Shown in pieces: positions 51,696-62,860 of a stretch of 64,000 nucleotides of DNA. Position 1 is the stretch's first letter; each line of letters starts with the position of its first letter. The notes under the pieces are model-generated. The model was not told the DNA's origin, made no database searches, and was given only the letters and a program-made list of their open reading frames with translations. The translations under genes and the position numbers were made by a program. The DNA is from Candidatus Eiseniibacteriota bacterium (GTDB lineage: Bacteria > Eisenbacteria > RBG-16-71-46 > JABDJR01), in assembly GCA_963762255.1 (NCBI GenBank), contig CAVXKA010000001.1, positions 32,001 to 96,000 of the forward strand, given 5' to 3'.

Positions 51696-52916
51696 TCACT
51701 CTCCCAGCAAGTCCCGCTCGAGCTGCTCGTAGCGGTCGATCACCCGGCGCACGTACGCGCGCTTGGAGCGATAGCTGCCGGGGTAGAAGCTCCCCTTGAA
51801 CCCCGCCACCACGAGATTGCGAAACTGGGATCTCGTGATCTGGAGTTTGTCCGCGACCAATTCCAGCTCCCGGCTGACCGTCGTATTGGAGACGAGCCGG
51901 TTGTCGGTGCAGATCGTCACCGACATGCCGTAGTCGATCATCTTGAGCACGGGATGCTCGGCCATGCTCCGAATCTCCGGCGTGGTCTGAAGATTGCTGG
52001 TCGGGCACACCTCGATGGTTATCCGTTGGCTCGCGATGGTCTCCGCGAGCAGCCGGGTGTAGGCGACGGGATCCTCGATGTCCGAGTCCCGCACCATGTC
52101 GGCGGCGAAGAGAAACGTCCCGTGGCCGATGCGATTCGTGTGGCATTCGGTGATGGCCTGGAAGATGGACTCTGGGCCGTAAGCTTCGCCGGCGTGCACC
52201 GTCTTCTTGAGGAAGTTCTTGTGCGCGTACTGATACGCCTCGCGGTGGTCGATGGCCGGGTATCCCGCCTCCTCGCCGGCCAAATCGAAGGCCACGACCG
52301 GAAGCCCCACGTCCCGCGCGAGGTGGGCCGCCGCACGCGCCAGCTCCAGCGACGCGGTCGCGAAGACGCGCTTGCGCGGCGTGTAGGCGAGGGACCGCAA
52401 CATCTGAGCGAAGTATGGGCCCATGTCCTCGTTGAATGAGCGCATCGCGCACAGGATGAGACCGTACTCGAACGGGATGTCGTGCCCCGACTGCACGACG
52501 GCGGACGCATCGTGCTCCGCCTTCGCCCGGCTCATGCCGTCCGATACCGCGCGCACGACTCGCTCCAGGCTCAGACCGTCACGAACGTGCAACTGGGGCG
52601 CGAAGCGGACTTCGACGTAGCGGACGCCCTCCGCCAGGCAGTCCTCCGCGAGTTCGTACGCCGCCCGCTCCAGGTTCTCCGCGGACTGGAGCACCCCGCA
52701 GGTATATGCGAACCCCTGCAGGTACTCCCCCAGGCTCTTGTACTTCTCCTTGAAGACCAGCTCGCGCATGCCCGCTTCGTCGCTGGACGGCAGCGTGACG
52801 CCGCAGGAGGGGGCGAGTTCGATCAGGGTGGCCAGCCGAAGCGATCCGTCGAGATGGACGTGCAGGTCCGTCTTGGGGATCGCCCGGATAAACTCCCGGG
52901 TGACGTTATGCAGCAT
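51696..52916 (-). CDS. add: Adenosine deaminase family protein
   Basis: PKTDLHVHLDGS, YVEVRFAP, DLAGEE, TVHAGE, RIGHG, EVCPTSN. Confidence 0.88.
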   Translation of the reverse strand: MLHNVTREFIRAIPKTDLHVHLDGSLRLATLIELAPSCGVTLPSSDEAGMRELVFKEKYKSLGEYLQGFAYTCGVLQSAENLERAAYELAEDCLAEGVRYVEVRFAPQLHVRDGLSLERVVRAVSDGMSRAKAEHDASAVVQSGHDIPFEYGLILCAMRSFNEDMGPYFAQMLRSLAYTPRKRVFATASLELARAAAHLARDVGLPVVAFDLAGEEAGYPAIDHREAYQYAHKNFLKKTVHAGEAYGPESIFQAITECHTNRIGHGTFLFAADMVRDSDIEDPVAYTRLLAETIASQRITIEVCPTSNLQTTPEIRSMAEHPVLKMIDYGMSVTICTDNRLVSNTTVSRELELVADKLQITRSQFRNLVVAGFKGSFYPGSYRSKRAYVRRVIDRYEQLERDLLGE

Positions 52917-52994
52917 GGAGTACGCTCCTCGTTTTGCGTAACAGTTTACCGAGGCGCGCACCCGAGCGAAAGTGGGGATATTGCCGAGGCGGGG

Positions 52995-53570
<576 letters not shown>

Positions 53571-53602
53571 CGCTCCTTTCGATCGGGCTGATTGATTGTC
53601 GA

Positions 53603-56293
53603 TCAGGTCAATTGCTTGACCGCCAGCACGGTATCCTCATCGTCCTGGACCGTGGTGGCGAACCCAAGCCGCTCAAAGACGCGCCGCATCCGCGCGTTCC
53701 CGGTGGAGGTCTCGGCGATGATCCTCTTCACCCCCCAGTGCGCCGCAAGTTCCACGCAGTACTCGGTGAGGATCGTCCCCATTCCCTGACCCTGCCACGG
53801 ATCGGCCACCAGGACCGCGAAGTCGGCCGACTGGAGGTCGGGGTCGGCAACGAGCCGTCCCACGCCTGCCAGTTTGCGGTCCGCGCCTTCGCCGACCTCC
53901 ACCACGATGGCCAGTTCGCGATCGTAATCGATGTAGCAGTAGCGAACCGCGATCGGATGAACGTCCCACTGAATGAACCCGCGGAAGCGCGCGTAGATGC
54001 TCTCGCGGGAGCACGAGGCTAACATCTCCATCCAGCGCGGCTCGTCTTCGGGACGGATCGGGCGCATCGTGACCGCTTCCCCGTCGGCCAGGACCGCGGG
54101 TCTCACGTATTCCTCGGGATACGGCCGCAAAGCGAGATGGGCGTAAGGACGCGCCGGATCCCACACCACCGTTCGGTCGACCAGCACCCGCGCGTCCAGT
54201 GCGCAAGCGCCGCCCGGCCACACCAGAAGCGGGTTCACGTCCAACTCGCGAATCTCCGGGAAATCGGAGGCCAGATACGAGAAGCGGATGAGGATCTCGA
54301 TCAATCGCTCCAGATCGATCGCGGGCCGGTTGCGATATCCCTGGAGGAGGGGCCAGATGCGCAGCGACTCCAGCATTCGCCTCGCCAACCGCTCGTTGAG
54401 CGGGGGAAAGCCGAGGCTCGTATCGCGCAGCACCTCCGCCGTGATTCCGCCAAGTCCGGCCAGGATCACCGGTCCGAAGACGGGGTCGCGGCGCATGCCG
54501 AGAATGAGTTCGAGCGAGCCCTCCGCACGTACCATGGGCTGCACGGTGACCCCGTCGATGCGACCCGCGCCGGCGCCGCGCGCTCCCGCGATCAGCGCGT
54601 CGAAGGCCTCCCGCGCCGCGCGCTCCCCGCGCACGTCGAGGATCACGCCCCCCGCATCGCTCTTGTGAGTGATGTCGGGCGAGGCGATCTTCATCACCGC
54701 CGACGTGTCGAGTGCGCCGACCAGATCCGCCGCCTGGTCGGCGGTGCACGCGAGCCAGGTCTCGGCGACCGGGATACCGTAGAACTGGAGCAGCGACTTC
54801 GAGGCCGACTCGGAGAAAACGTCGCCTTCGCGGGCGAGCATGGCGGTGAATGCCGACCGCACCTCGTCCCGATCGACGGTGAAGTCGACGGGCACGTCAC
54901 GGGGGACCTCGTAGAGGATCTCGATGTTGCGCGCGTGCGAGGCCAGCGTCATGAACGCTTGCACCGCCTGCTCGGGCGTGGCGTAGGTGGCAACTCCCGC
55001 CCGATTGAGAAGATCGATCCCCTCGCGCATGCTCCGTCCCCCGAGCCACGCGGCCAGGATCGGCTTGTGCGACGATGCGGCGAGTTCGGCCAGCGATTTC
55101 GCCGCCTGGGTGGGCTTGGTCATGGCCTGCGGCGTGAGGATGACGAGAATCGCATCGACGCCGGAGTCGGCCAGCGTCACCTCGACCGCGCGCGCCATGC
55201 GCTTGGGGGGCGAGTCGCCGAGGACGTCCACAGGATTGCCGTGCGACCACGAGGGAGGCAGGAGTTCTTCCAGCGCCGCGAGCGTGGACGCGGAGAGCTG
55301 CGCCGGCGTCCCGCCCGCCGCCATCAGAGCGTCCAGCGCCATCACCCCGGGGCCGCCGGCGTTGGTGACGATGCCCAGTCGGTGCCCGCGCGGAGAGGGA
55401 TGGCGCGCGATCAATTCCGCGCAATCGAAGATGTCGCCGATCTCGTAGACGCGGGTGATCCCCGCCCGCTCGAAGGCGGCCTGGTAGATCGCGTCCTCCC
55501 CCGCCATGGCCCCGGTGTGGGAGCCGGCGGCCTTCGCCGATTCCTCGAAACGCCCCGCCTTGTACGCCACGATGGGCTTGGTCCGCGCGAACGCGCGCGC
55601 CGCGGAGAGGAACCGGCGCGCATCCTTGAGCGATTCCATGTAGAGCAGGATCGACGCGCACTCCTCGTTCTCGCCGAAGTAATCGATGAGATCGCCGAAG
55701 TCGACGTCGAGCATGTTCCCGACCGATACGAAGTGGGAAAAGCCGATGTTCTCGTCGAGCGCCCAGTCCAAGACAGAGGTGCAGAGCGCCCCCGACTGCG
55801 AGATGAACGCCACGTCCCCCTTCTGCGGGGCGGAAGCGGCGGAGGCGAAGCTGGCGTTGAGGCCAATATGCGGGACGAGGACGCCGAGGCAGTTGGGTCC
55901 CATGACGCGCATGCCGTCGAAGCGCGCGATCTCTGCGCGGAGTCTCTCCTCGAGCGCGACGCCGTCGGGACCCGCCTCGCGAAATCCCGCGGAGACGACG
56001 ATCACGCCGCGGATTCCCGCCTCACCGCAGTCGCGCACGACTTCCGGGACGGCGGCGGCGGCGGTGCAGATCACGGCGAGGTCGGGCACGCGGGGGAGTT
56101 CACCCACCTTGCGATAGCAGTGCACGCCCTGAGCCGCCTCGAGCGTGGCATGGACCGGGTAGACGACGCCTCGGTATCCCCCACCGATCAGGTTTCGCAG
56201 AACGGTCGAGCCGACGCTGCGCGGGTTTTCATTGGCGCCCAGCACCACGATGCGCTGGGGCTTGAAAATACGATCGAGGTTGTGAACATCCAC
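53603..56293 (-). CDS. Bifunctional acetate--CoA ligase (NDP-forming) family / GNAT N-acetyltransferase (Pat/YfiQ type)
   Basis: GPNCLG, SQSGAL, SHTGAMAG, TNAGGPGV, NPVDVLGD, HKSDAGGV, ELDVNPL, RPIRPEDE, IDYDRE, WQGQGMG. GTG start with RBS AGGAGG. Confidence 0.93.
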   Translation of the reverse strand: MDVHNLDRIFKPQRIVVLGANENPRSVGSTVLRNLIGGGYRGVVYPVHATLEAAQGVHCYRKVGELPRVPDLAVICTAAAAVPEVVRDCGEAGIRGVIVVSAGFREAGPDGVALEERLRAEIARFDGMRVMGPNCLGVLVPHIGLNASFASAASAPQKGDVAFISQSGALCTSVLDWALDENIGFSHFVSVGNMLDVDFGDLIDYFGENEECASILLYMESLKDARRFLSAARAFARTKPIVAYKAGRFEESAKAAGSHTGAMAGEDAIYQAAFERAGITRVYEIGDIFDCAELIARHPSPRGHRLGIVTNAGGPGVMALDALMAAGGTPAQLSASTLAALEELLPPSWSHGNPVDVLGDSPPKRMARAVEVTLADSGVDAILVILTPQAMTKPTQAAKSLAELAASSHKPILAAWLGGRSMREGIDLLNRAGVATYATPEQAVQAFMTLASHARNIEILYEVPRDVPVDFTVDRDEVRSAFTAMLAREGDVFSESASKSLLQFYGIPVAETWLACTADQAADLVGALDTSAVMKIASPDITHKSDAGGVILDVRGERAAREAFDALIAGARGAGAGRIDGVTVQPMVRAEGSLELILGMRRDPVFGPVILAGLGGITAEVLRDTSLGFPPLNERLARRMLESLRIWPLLQGYRNRPAIDLERLIEILIRFSYLASDFPEIRELDVNPLLVWPGGACALDARVLVDRTVVWDPARPYAHLALRPYPEEYVRPAVLADGEAVTMRPIRPEDEPRWMEMLASCSRESIYARFRGFIQWDVHPIAVRYCYIDYDRELAIVVEVGEGADRKLAGVGRLVADPDLQSADFAVLVADPWQGQGMGTILTEYCVELAAHWGVKRIIAETSTGNARMRRVFERLGFATTVQDDEDTVLAVKQLT

Positions 56294-56777
56294 CGCCCGG
56301 TCCTCCTGGGGACCGAGCATAGCGCCGCCGCACCGCGAAGCGGACCGCGCTTTCCTGGATTCTGCGTTTCGCGATGCCCTCTCCGTTCCCGGCCCCCGAG
56401 GAGGAGGCCGCCGGCCTGGGGAGCCGGGAAGCGGAGCGGACACGTGCGCCGCCGATGTGAGGCCCGGGCGGCCCGAGCCCGAGGAGGGCAGTGGGCGCCG
56501 GGGCGGCCGGGCCACACCGCGATCCGGCCGCCGTGTTGCGTCTCGTGCTGCGATGTCGGGGCGACCGGTATCGCGTGGCGATGGGACGATGAGCAAGGAC
56601 GGGGCCAAGCGGTGCGCGCGCGTAACGCGTTGTCTCGTCGAGGCGACGCGACTCGACCGCGACGAGCGAGCGACGGGCGCCCGACTTTCGCCGACGAGGA
56701 CTCGTCGCCGGCCCGCCGCCGGCCGCGTGGTATTCTTGCCGGCGCCGTCACCTTAACCGCCCGCGCAAGGAGCCCGC

Positions 56778-57182
56778 ATGATCCGTCGACTCGACCACAT
56801 CGGCATCGCCGTCCGCGATCTGGAGGCCGCGGTGCGGATCTACACCGAGGGCCTCGGCCTCGCCTGCGACCATCGCGAAACGGTCGAGGATCAGCAGGTG
56901 CGGACCGCGTTCCTTCCCGTCGGCGAGACGCACGTGGAGCTGCTCGAATCGCTTTCCCCCGAAGGTCCCATCGGCCGCTTCATCGACAAGCGCGGCGAGG
57001 GCATCCACCACCTCTGCTTCGACGTTGCCGACATCCGCGAAGCGATGGCGGCTTGCGAGAAGGCGGGCCTCGTCCTCATCGACCGCGAGCCGCGCGTGGG
57101 GACGCACAACAAGTGGGTAGCGTTCGTCCACCCCAGGAGCACGCACGGCGTGCTCATCGAGTTGAGCCAGGACCGCGGATGA
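56778..57182 (+). CDS. mce: Methylmalonyl-CoA epimerase
   Basis: LDHIGIAV, ELLE, FIDKRGEGIHHLCF, FVHPRSTHGVLIEL. Confidence 0.93.
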   Translation: MIRRLDHIGIAVRDLEAAVRIYTEGLGLACDHRETVEDQQVRTAFLPVGETHVELLESLSPEGPIGRFIDKRGEGIHHLCFDVADIREAMAACEKAGLVLIDREPRVGTHNKWVAFVHPRSTHGVLIELSQDRG

Positions 57183-58057
57183 CGGCCGAACGCGGCAAGG
57201 CGGTCCCGGACCGCGAGGTTCCCGATCACAGCAGCGCCGACCTGCACCGCGGCGGCATGTTCTCGCACCGCGGTCGGGTCGTGGCGATCACGGGCGGCGG
57301 CACGGGCATCGGCCTCGCCTCCGCGCGCGCGTTCGTGACGCAGGGCGCCCACGTCCTCATCTGCGGACGCCGCGAAGAGGTGCTGAAGCGCGCCGTGGTG
57401 GAGATCGCCGCCGAGGCCTCGGCGGGGCCCGCCCCCGTCGGTGTCACGCCGGGCACCATCGCCTCGCGCACCGCCGACGTCACCCGCTACGAAGAGCTGC
57501 TCGCCGTCGCCGACGATGCCCGGACGCGCTGGGGCGCGCTCAACGTCTGGATGAACGCCGCGGGAATCCTCGAACGCCGGTCGCTCCCCGAAGCGGACAC
57601 CGATCATCTCCGCCGCCTCTTCGAAACCAACGTCGCCGGCGTCTTCAACGGATGCCGCGTCGCGGTGGAGCGCATGCAGGAGACGGGAGGCGTGATCCTG
57701 AACGTCTCCTCATACCTCACACACCACGCGGGAGCGAGCGCCTCGCTCCCCGCCTACGCGGCCACCAAGGGCGCGGTGAGCGCGCTCACCCGTTCGCTCG
57801 CGGTGCGGCACGGGCCGGAGGGGATCCGCGTCAACGCGATCAGCCCGGCGCTCGTGCTCACGGATCTGAACCGCGAGATCTGGGACGGGCGCGAGGACCC
57901 GCAAGCGCATGTGCGGGCACTCGGCGAGCGCTACCCGCTTCGCCGCGTGGGCCGCCCCGAGGACGTGGCGGCGACCGCGGTGTTCCTGGCCAGCGACGAG
58001 GCGGGCTGGATCACCGGTCAGGAGATCTTCGTGGACGGGGGGATAAGCGCCGTATGA
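57179..58057 (+). CDS. SDR family oxidoreductase
   Basis: TGGGTGIG, NAAG, YAATK, IRVNAISP, ITGQEIFVDGG. ATGA overlap with mce. Confidence 0.92.
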   Translation: MTAERGKAVPDREVPDHSSADLHRGGMFSHRGRVVAITGGGTGIGLASARAFVTQGAHVLICGRREEVLKRAVVEIAAEASAGPAPVGVTPGTIASRTADVTRYEELLAVADDARTRWGALNVWMNAAGILERRSLPEADTDHLRRLFETNVAGVFNGCRVAVERMQETGGVILNVSSYLTHHAGASASLPAYAATKGAVSALTRSLAVRHGPEGIRVNAISPALVLTDLNREIWDGREDPQAHVRALGERYPLRRVGRPEDVAATAVFLASDEAGWITGQEIFVDGGISAV

Positions 58058-58497
58058 CACCGGTAACGGCATCGTGGCAGAGTGGCATGGAGTTCAGGGT
58101 CGACTTCCCCGAGGGCGAGACGATCACGCTGGCCAGCGTGCCGCTTCGCAAGCGGCCGGGGCCGGGGCCGTCCCCCATGCAGGCGGTGCTGGCCGCGCTG
58201 GCCGGGTGCACCGGCATGGATGTGGTGATGATCCTCACCAAGATGCGGAAAGAGCCGCAAGCGCTGCGCATCGAGGTGGCCGCGGTGCGCCGCGAGGAGG
58301 AGCCCCGCGTCTACACGCACATGACGCTCACCTATCACGTGGAGGGGACGGAGGTGGACGCGGCGTCGGTGCGGCGAGCGGTGGCGCTCTCGCAGGAGAA
58401 GTACTGCTCCGTATCGGCGATGCTGCGTCCCGCCGTCGCGCTCGACTACCGGATCGTGCTGAACGGCGTCGAAGTGGATCTCACCGCGGCGGATTGA
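58054..58497 (+). CDS. OsmC family protein (YhfA-like)
   Basis: GPSPMQ...ALAGCTGMDV...LSQEKYCSVSAML. Confidence 0.92.
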   Translation: MTPVTASWQSGMEFRVDFPEGETITLASVPLRKRPGPGPSPMQAVLAALAGCTGMDVVMILTKMRKEPQALRIEVAAVRREEEPRVYTHMTLTYHVEGTEVDAASVRRAVALSQEKYCSVSAMLRPAVALDYRIVLNGVEVDLTAAD

Positions 58498-58515
58498 CCG
58501 GGCGGCACGGAAGTC

Positions 58516-59655
58516 TTAGCTCTTCGCGTCCTTCCCCGGCACGTCGCGGCCCACCAACCCCTTCTCGTAGTCGCGGAAGAGGCGCCCCCAGTCGGTATCG
58601 TTCAGCGCGTGCTCGACGCGCCTGCGGCCGTGGACGGGGAACCAGTAGACGTCGTGGTAGAGCTTGGAGGCGGCATAGGACCACGGCACGATCGGGCTCC
58701 TGAGCAACAGTTTCTCCAGCGGCTTGAGCGGTCCGTGATAGATGGCCTTCTGTCCGCGCGAGGCAAAGGTGTCCTCGCCGCCGCGAAACCCGAAGTTGAT
58801 CTTCGAGAGATCCTCGCCGCGCACCTCGATGTCGCGCACATCCCCCGTGCCCAGGCCGGCTTCGTGGGCGAGCCGGATGAACTTGAGAGAGAGAGGATCG
58901 AACCCCATCATCTTCGCGCTGACCGCGTCGATCGCCACCTGGTCCGCGCTCGCCAGCATGTAGCCCTTCACATGCGGTCGGATCGCCCGAGGTCCCGGTC
59001 CGTCGCCGCAGAACGATCCGTCGGTCACCGCGAACACTCCGGGGTGGATGTCCTTCTGGATGCGAAGAAGGTCCACCAGCGTCTCGTGGATCACCGAGTG
59101 CGTCCAATGCCGGTTGAAGTGCAGGAGTCCCCCGAACGCGTTCTTCATGGCCCCGGTCATGGTGGTGAAGACGTGGGTCTTCACCGTGGGGAGGTGAATG
59201 ATGTTCTTCCCCACCAGGAACTTGGGGATGCGGATGCCGTCCTTCTCGAACACCTTATCGAGGACCAGGAGCTTGCCTTTCGGTTCGTACTGAACCCATT
59301 CCTGATCGGGATCGTTGAGAAACACCCGCCGCACGCCGTATTTGTCGCAGACCGGCTTGTGCTTGTTATGGATCTCTCCGACGCGCGAGTCCACCACCAC
59401 GGTATCGTTGTGCACGCCCCAGAGCTTCTCCGAGCGGAAGCCGTCCTCGAGCAGCGTACGCACGACCCCTTCGATCTGCCACGGCGTGGTGGACACTCCC
59501 GGCATATAGACATGCCACGACACGTTGATCTTGAGGCAGGTGTCGTGGACGGGATCCAGCACGTCGCGATAGCCCGCGTCCCGCATGGCCTTGCCGATGT
59601 CGCCCAGCACGGTCTCCGGGTTCGATTTGATGATCGTGACGATGCTCTTGGCCAT
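58516..59655 (-). CDS. DUF362 domain-containing protein
   Basis: LKINVSW, HLPTVKTH...TGAMKNAFG, DG...GDGPGP, ASADQVAIDAV..KMMGFDP. Confidence 0.85.
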   Translation of the reverse strand: MAKSIVTIIKSNPETVLGDIGKAMRDAGYRDVLDPVHDTCLKINVSWHVYMPGVSTTPWQIEGVVRTLLEDGFRSEKLWGVHNDTVVVDSRVGEIHNKHKPVCDKYGVRRVFLNDPDQEWVQYEPKGKLLVLDKVFEKDGIRIPKFLVGKNIIHLPTVKTHVFTTMTGAMKNAFGGLLHFNRHWTHSVIHETLVDLLRIQKDIHPGVFAVTDGSFCGDGPGPRAIRPHVKGYMLASADQVAIDAVSAKMMGFDPLSLKFIRLAHEAGLGTGDVRDIEVRGEDLSKINFGFRGGEDTFASRGQKAIYHGPLKPLEKLLLRSPIVPWSYAASKLYHDVYWFPVHGRRRVEHALNDTDWGRLFRDYEKGLVGRDVPGKDAKS

Positions 59656-59663
59656 GGTGTTCC

Positions 59664-60815
59664 TCAGATTCCGTGCTCGCGCAACCATGTGCGGGCAATG
59701 ACAAGCCGCTGGATCTCGCTCGTGCCTTCGTAGATCTCCGTCACGCGCGCGTCGCGGTAGTGCCGCTCGACGACGTAGTCCTCAGTATAGCCGTATCCGC
59801 CGTGAATCTGGATAGCGCGGTGAGCTATGAACGTAGCCGCCTCGGAGGCGTAGAGTTTCGCCATGGACGACTGGCGGGTGAACGGCTCTCCCGCGGCCTT
59901 CAGGGCCGCCGCGCGATAGACCAAGAGCCGCGCCGCGTCGAGTCGCGTCGCCATGTCGGCGATCATCCACTGGATGGCCTCGAACTCTGCGATGGGCTGC
60001 CCGAACGCCACCCGTTCCCGCGCATACTTCACCGAGCGCTCGAGCGCGCCCTGGGCGATGCCTACCGCCTGCGCACCGACCCCGATCCTCCCGCTGTCCA
60101 GCTCCGTCATCGCGATCTTGAAACCCATCCCCTCGCGGGCGAGGAGATTCTCCGCCGGGACCCGGCAATCGACAAGGGATAGGGAGACCGTCTCGCTGGC
60201 CTTGATCCCCATCTTCTTCTCCGGCTTGCCGATGGTGAGACCGGGTGTGCCCTTCTCCACGATGAAGGCGCTGATGCCGCGGTTGCCCGCCGAGGGATCG
60301 GTCTTCACGAAGATGATGAAGAGATCGGCCTGGGCACCGCTGGTGACCCAGTTCTTCTCGCCGTTGAGCACGTAGTGCGCGCCGTCGCGGAAGGCCGTGG
60401 TGTGCATGGCGGCTACATCGCTGCCGGCGCCCGGCTCGGAGAGGCTGAAGGCGGCGATCCAGTCCTGGGTCAACTGCGGCAGATACTTCCGCTTCTGCTC
60501 GTCCGTGCCGTGCTCGGCGATGAGCTGCACGCCGACCGAATTGTGCACCGAGACGATGATGCTCAAGGACGGCCAGATGCGGGCCAGCTCCTCCACCACG
60601 AGCACGTACGAGACGGGATCGAGGTCGATGCCGCCGTACGCCTCGGGACAGAGCATGCCGCCCAGCCCCAGTTCCTTCCACAGCCGCACGATGACTTCGC
60701 GCGGGTAGCGCGCCTCCCGTTCGTACTCGGAAACAAGTGGGGCCAGTTCCGACTCGGCAAACTCACGAATCGTATCGCGCAGGAGCTTCTGCTCCTCGGC
60801 AAGTCTAAAATCCAC
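59664..60815 (-). CDS. Acyl-CoA dehydrogenase (short-chain type)
   Basis: FSLSEPGAGSD, LNGEKNWVT, KMGIKAS, QIHGGYGY, YRDARVTEIYEGTSEIQR. Confidence 0.95.
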   Translation of the reverse strand: MDFRLAEEQKLLRDTIREFAESELAPLVSEYEREARYPREVIVRLWKELGLGGMLCPEAYGGIDLDPVSYVLVVEELARIWPSLSIIVSVHNSVGVQLIAEHGTDEQKRKYLPQLTQDWIAAFSLSEPGAGSDVAAMHTTAFRDGAHYVLNGEKNWVTSGAQADLFIIFVKTDPSAGNRGISAFIVEKGTPGLTIGKPEKKMGIKASETVSLSLVDCRVPAENLLAREGMGFKIAMTELDSGRIGVGAQAVGIAQGALERSVKYARERVAFGQPIAEFEAIQWMIADMATRLDAARLLVYRAAALKAAGEPFTRQSSMAKLYASEAATFIAHRAIQIHGGYGYTEDYVVERHYRDARVTEIYEGTSEIQRLVIARTWLREHGI

Positions 60816-60833
60816 AACCTCCCCCAATCCCCT

Positions 60834-61973
60834 CTAGTGCAACAAGTTTCGAGCCACCACCATTCGCTGGATCTCGCTGGTTCCCTCGTAAAGTTCGGTG
60901 ATCTTGGCGTCGCGGTAGTGCCGCTCCACCGCGTATTCGCGGACGTAGCCGTATCCGCCGTGGATCTGCACCGCGCGGTCGGCCACCACCACCGCGGTTC
61001 GCGACGCGGCGAGCTTTGCCATAGAGGCCTCGACCGAGTACCGGTCGCCGCTGTCCTTCTTCAACGCCGCGCGCCAGGTCAGAAGCCGCGCGGCATCGAT
61101 TTCGGTCACCGAGTCCGCGATCATCCACTGGATCGCCTGCAGATCGGCGATGGGCTTGCCGAAGGTGGTCCGCTCCTGGGCGTACTTGGTCGCTTCGTCC
61201 AGGGCGGCCTGGGCGATGCCGAGCGCCTGCGCCGCGATCCCGATCCGCCCGCCGTCGAGCGTGGCGAGCGCGATCTTGAACCCCTCGCCTTCCTTCCCCA
61301 GCAGGTTGCCAGCCGGCACCTTCACGTTGCTGAAGAAGAGCGTGCAGGTCGAGGAGGCGCGGATGCCCATTGTGTGCTCTTTGTGCCCCCGCGTGAGCCC
61401 GCCGCTCTCCGCCTCCACCAGGATCGCGCTGATCCCCTTGTGACCGGCGGAGGGATCGGTCTTGGCATAGACGATGTAATAGTCGGCTACCTGACCGTTG
61501 GTGATGAAGTTCTTCGTCCCGTTGAGGACGTAGTGATCCCCATCCCGCACGGCGGCCGTGCGCAGGTTCTGGGCATCCGAACCGGCTTCCGGCTCTGTCA
61601 GGCAGTAGGCGCCGAGCTTCTCCCCCCTGGCCAGAGGCTTGAGAAATTTCTCCTTCTGCTCATCCGTTCCGAACTTGGCGATCGGGTCGCACACGAGCGA
61701 GTTGTTCACCGACATGATCACGCCGGTGGAGGCGCAGGCCTTGGAGATCTCCTCCATGGCCAGCACGTAGGCGAGCGTGGAGAGACCGGCCCCCCCCCAT
61801 TGCTCCTCCACGCACATCCCCAGGAAGCCCAGCTCGGCGAGCTTCTTCACGTTGTCGTGCGGAAAGGCCATCGTCTCGTCGAAGTGGGCGGCCCGGGGAG
61901 CGATCTCCTTCACCGCCAGCTCGCGCGCCGCGTCCTGAATGAGTTTCTCGTCTTCGCTCAGCGTGAAGTCCAT
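60834..61973 (-). CDS. Acyl-CoA (butyryl-CoA-type) dehydrogenase
   Basis: YCLTEPEAGSDA, LNGTKNFITNG, TLDGGRIGIAAQA, YRDAKITELYEGTSEIQR. Confidence 0.95.
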   Translation of the reverse strand: MDFTLSEDEKLIQDAARELAVKEIAPRAAHFDETMAFPHDNVKKLAELGFLGMCVEEQWGGAGLSTLAYVLAMEEISKACASTGVIMSVNNSLVCDPIAKFGTDEQKEKFLKPLARGEKLGAYCLTEPEAGSDAQNLRTAAVRDGDHYVLNGTKNFITNGQVADYYIVYAKTDPSAGHKGISAILVEAESGGLTRGHKEHTMGIRASSTCTLFFSNVKVPAGNLLGKEGEGFKIALATLDGGRIGIAAQALGIAQAALDEATKYAQERTTFGKPIADLQAIQWMIADSVTEIDAARLLTWRAALKKDSGDRYSVEASMAKLAASRTAVVVADRAVQIHGGYGYVREYAVERHYRDAKITELYEGTSEIQRMVVARNLLH

Positions 61974-61984
61974 GCATCCTCCCC

Positions 61985-62848
61985 CTACGACCCGTACACG
62001 TAGAATCCGCGGCCGGACTTGCGCCCGAGGTGGCCGGCGCGGACCATCTTGCGCAGCAGCGGGCAAGGCCGGTACTTGTCGTCTCCCAATCCCTCGTGAA
62101 GCACGTTCATGATGGCGAGGCAGGTATCGAGACCGATGAGATCGGCCAGAGCGAGCGGCCCCATGGGATGGTTCATCCCGAGCTTCATGACCTCGTCGAC
62201 CGCTTCCGGCTTCGCGACCCCCTCCATCACGCAGAACACCGCCTCGTTGATCATCGGCATCAACACGCGGTTGGAGACGAAGCCGGGATAGTCGTTCACC
62301 TCGACCGGGGTCTTTCCCACCCGCTTGGCGGTGTCGACGGCCAGCGTGCGGGTCTCCTCCGAGGTCGCGAGCCCGCTGATGATCTCCACCAGTTGCATGA
62401 CCGGCACCGGGTTCATGAAGTGGATGCCGACCACGCGCTCCGGGCGCTTCGTCTGCGCCGCGATCTCGGTGATGGAGATCGACGAGGTGTTGCTGCCGAA
62501 CGGCACTTCCGGCGGGCAGATCGCGTCGAGCTTTCGGAAGAGCCCGAACTTGACCACCGGATCCTCGGTGATCGCCTCGATCACCAGATCCGCTTCGGCG
62601 GCCGTCTCCAACTCGGAACCGGTGGCGATGCGGCCGAGGGTGGACTTCATGTCCGCTTCGGTCAGCTTCCCCTTGGCTACGATTCGCCCCAGATTCTTCT
62701 CGATGGTGGTGAGCGCCCGGTGTAGGAGCGCGGGCTCCAGATCCACCAGCGTCACCTCGTATCCGCTCTGGGCGAAGACGTGGGCGATGCCGTTCCCCAT
62801 CGTGCCCGCCCCGATCACCGCCACACGCTTGACGTCGTTCGCTTGCAT
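61985..62848 (-). CDS. hbd: 3-hydroxybutyryl-CoA dehydrogenase
   Basis: [50 protein letters not shown]. Confidence 0.95.
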   Translation of the reverse strand: MQANDVKRVAVIGAGTMGNGIAHVFAQSGYEVTLVDLEPALLHRALTTIEKNLGRIVAKGKLTEADMKSTLGRIATGSELETAAEADLVIEAITEDPVVKFGLFRKLDAICPPEVPFGSNTSSISITEIAAQTKRPERVVGIHFMNPVPVMQLVEIISGLATSEETRTLAVDTAKRVGKTPVEVNDYPGFVSNRVLMPMINEAVFCVMEGVAKPEAVDEVMKLGMNHPMGPLALADLIGLDTCLAIMNVLHEGLGDDKYRPCPLLRKMVRAGHLGRKSGRGFYVYGS

Positions 62849-62860
62849 GACTTCCCCTCC

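Noticed and set aside
54137-57178. 1306-aa ORF 54137..58057
   Set aside because: Only the last 292 codons (SDR) are real; the rest is antisense shadow of the ligase/GNAT gene, typical of high-GC DNA.
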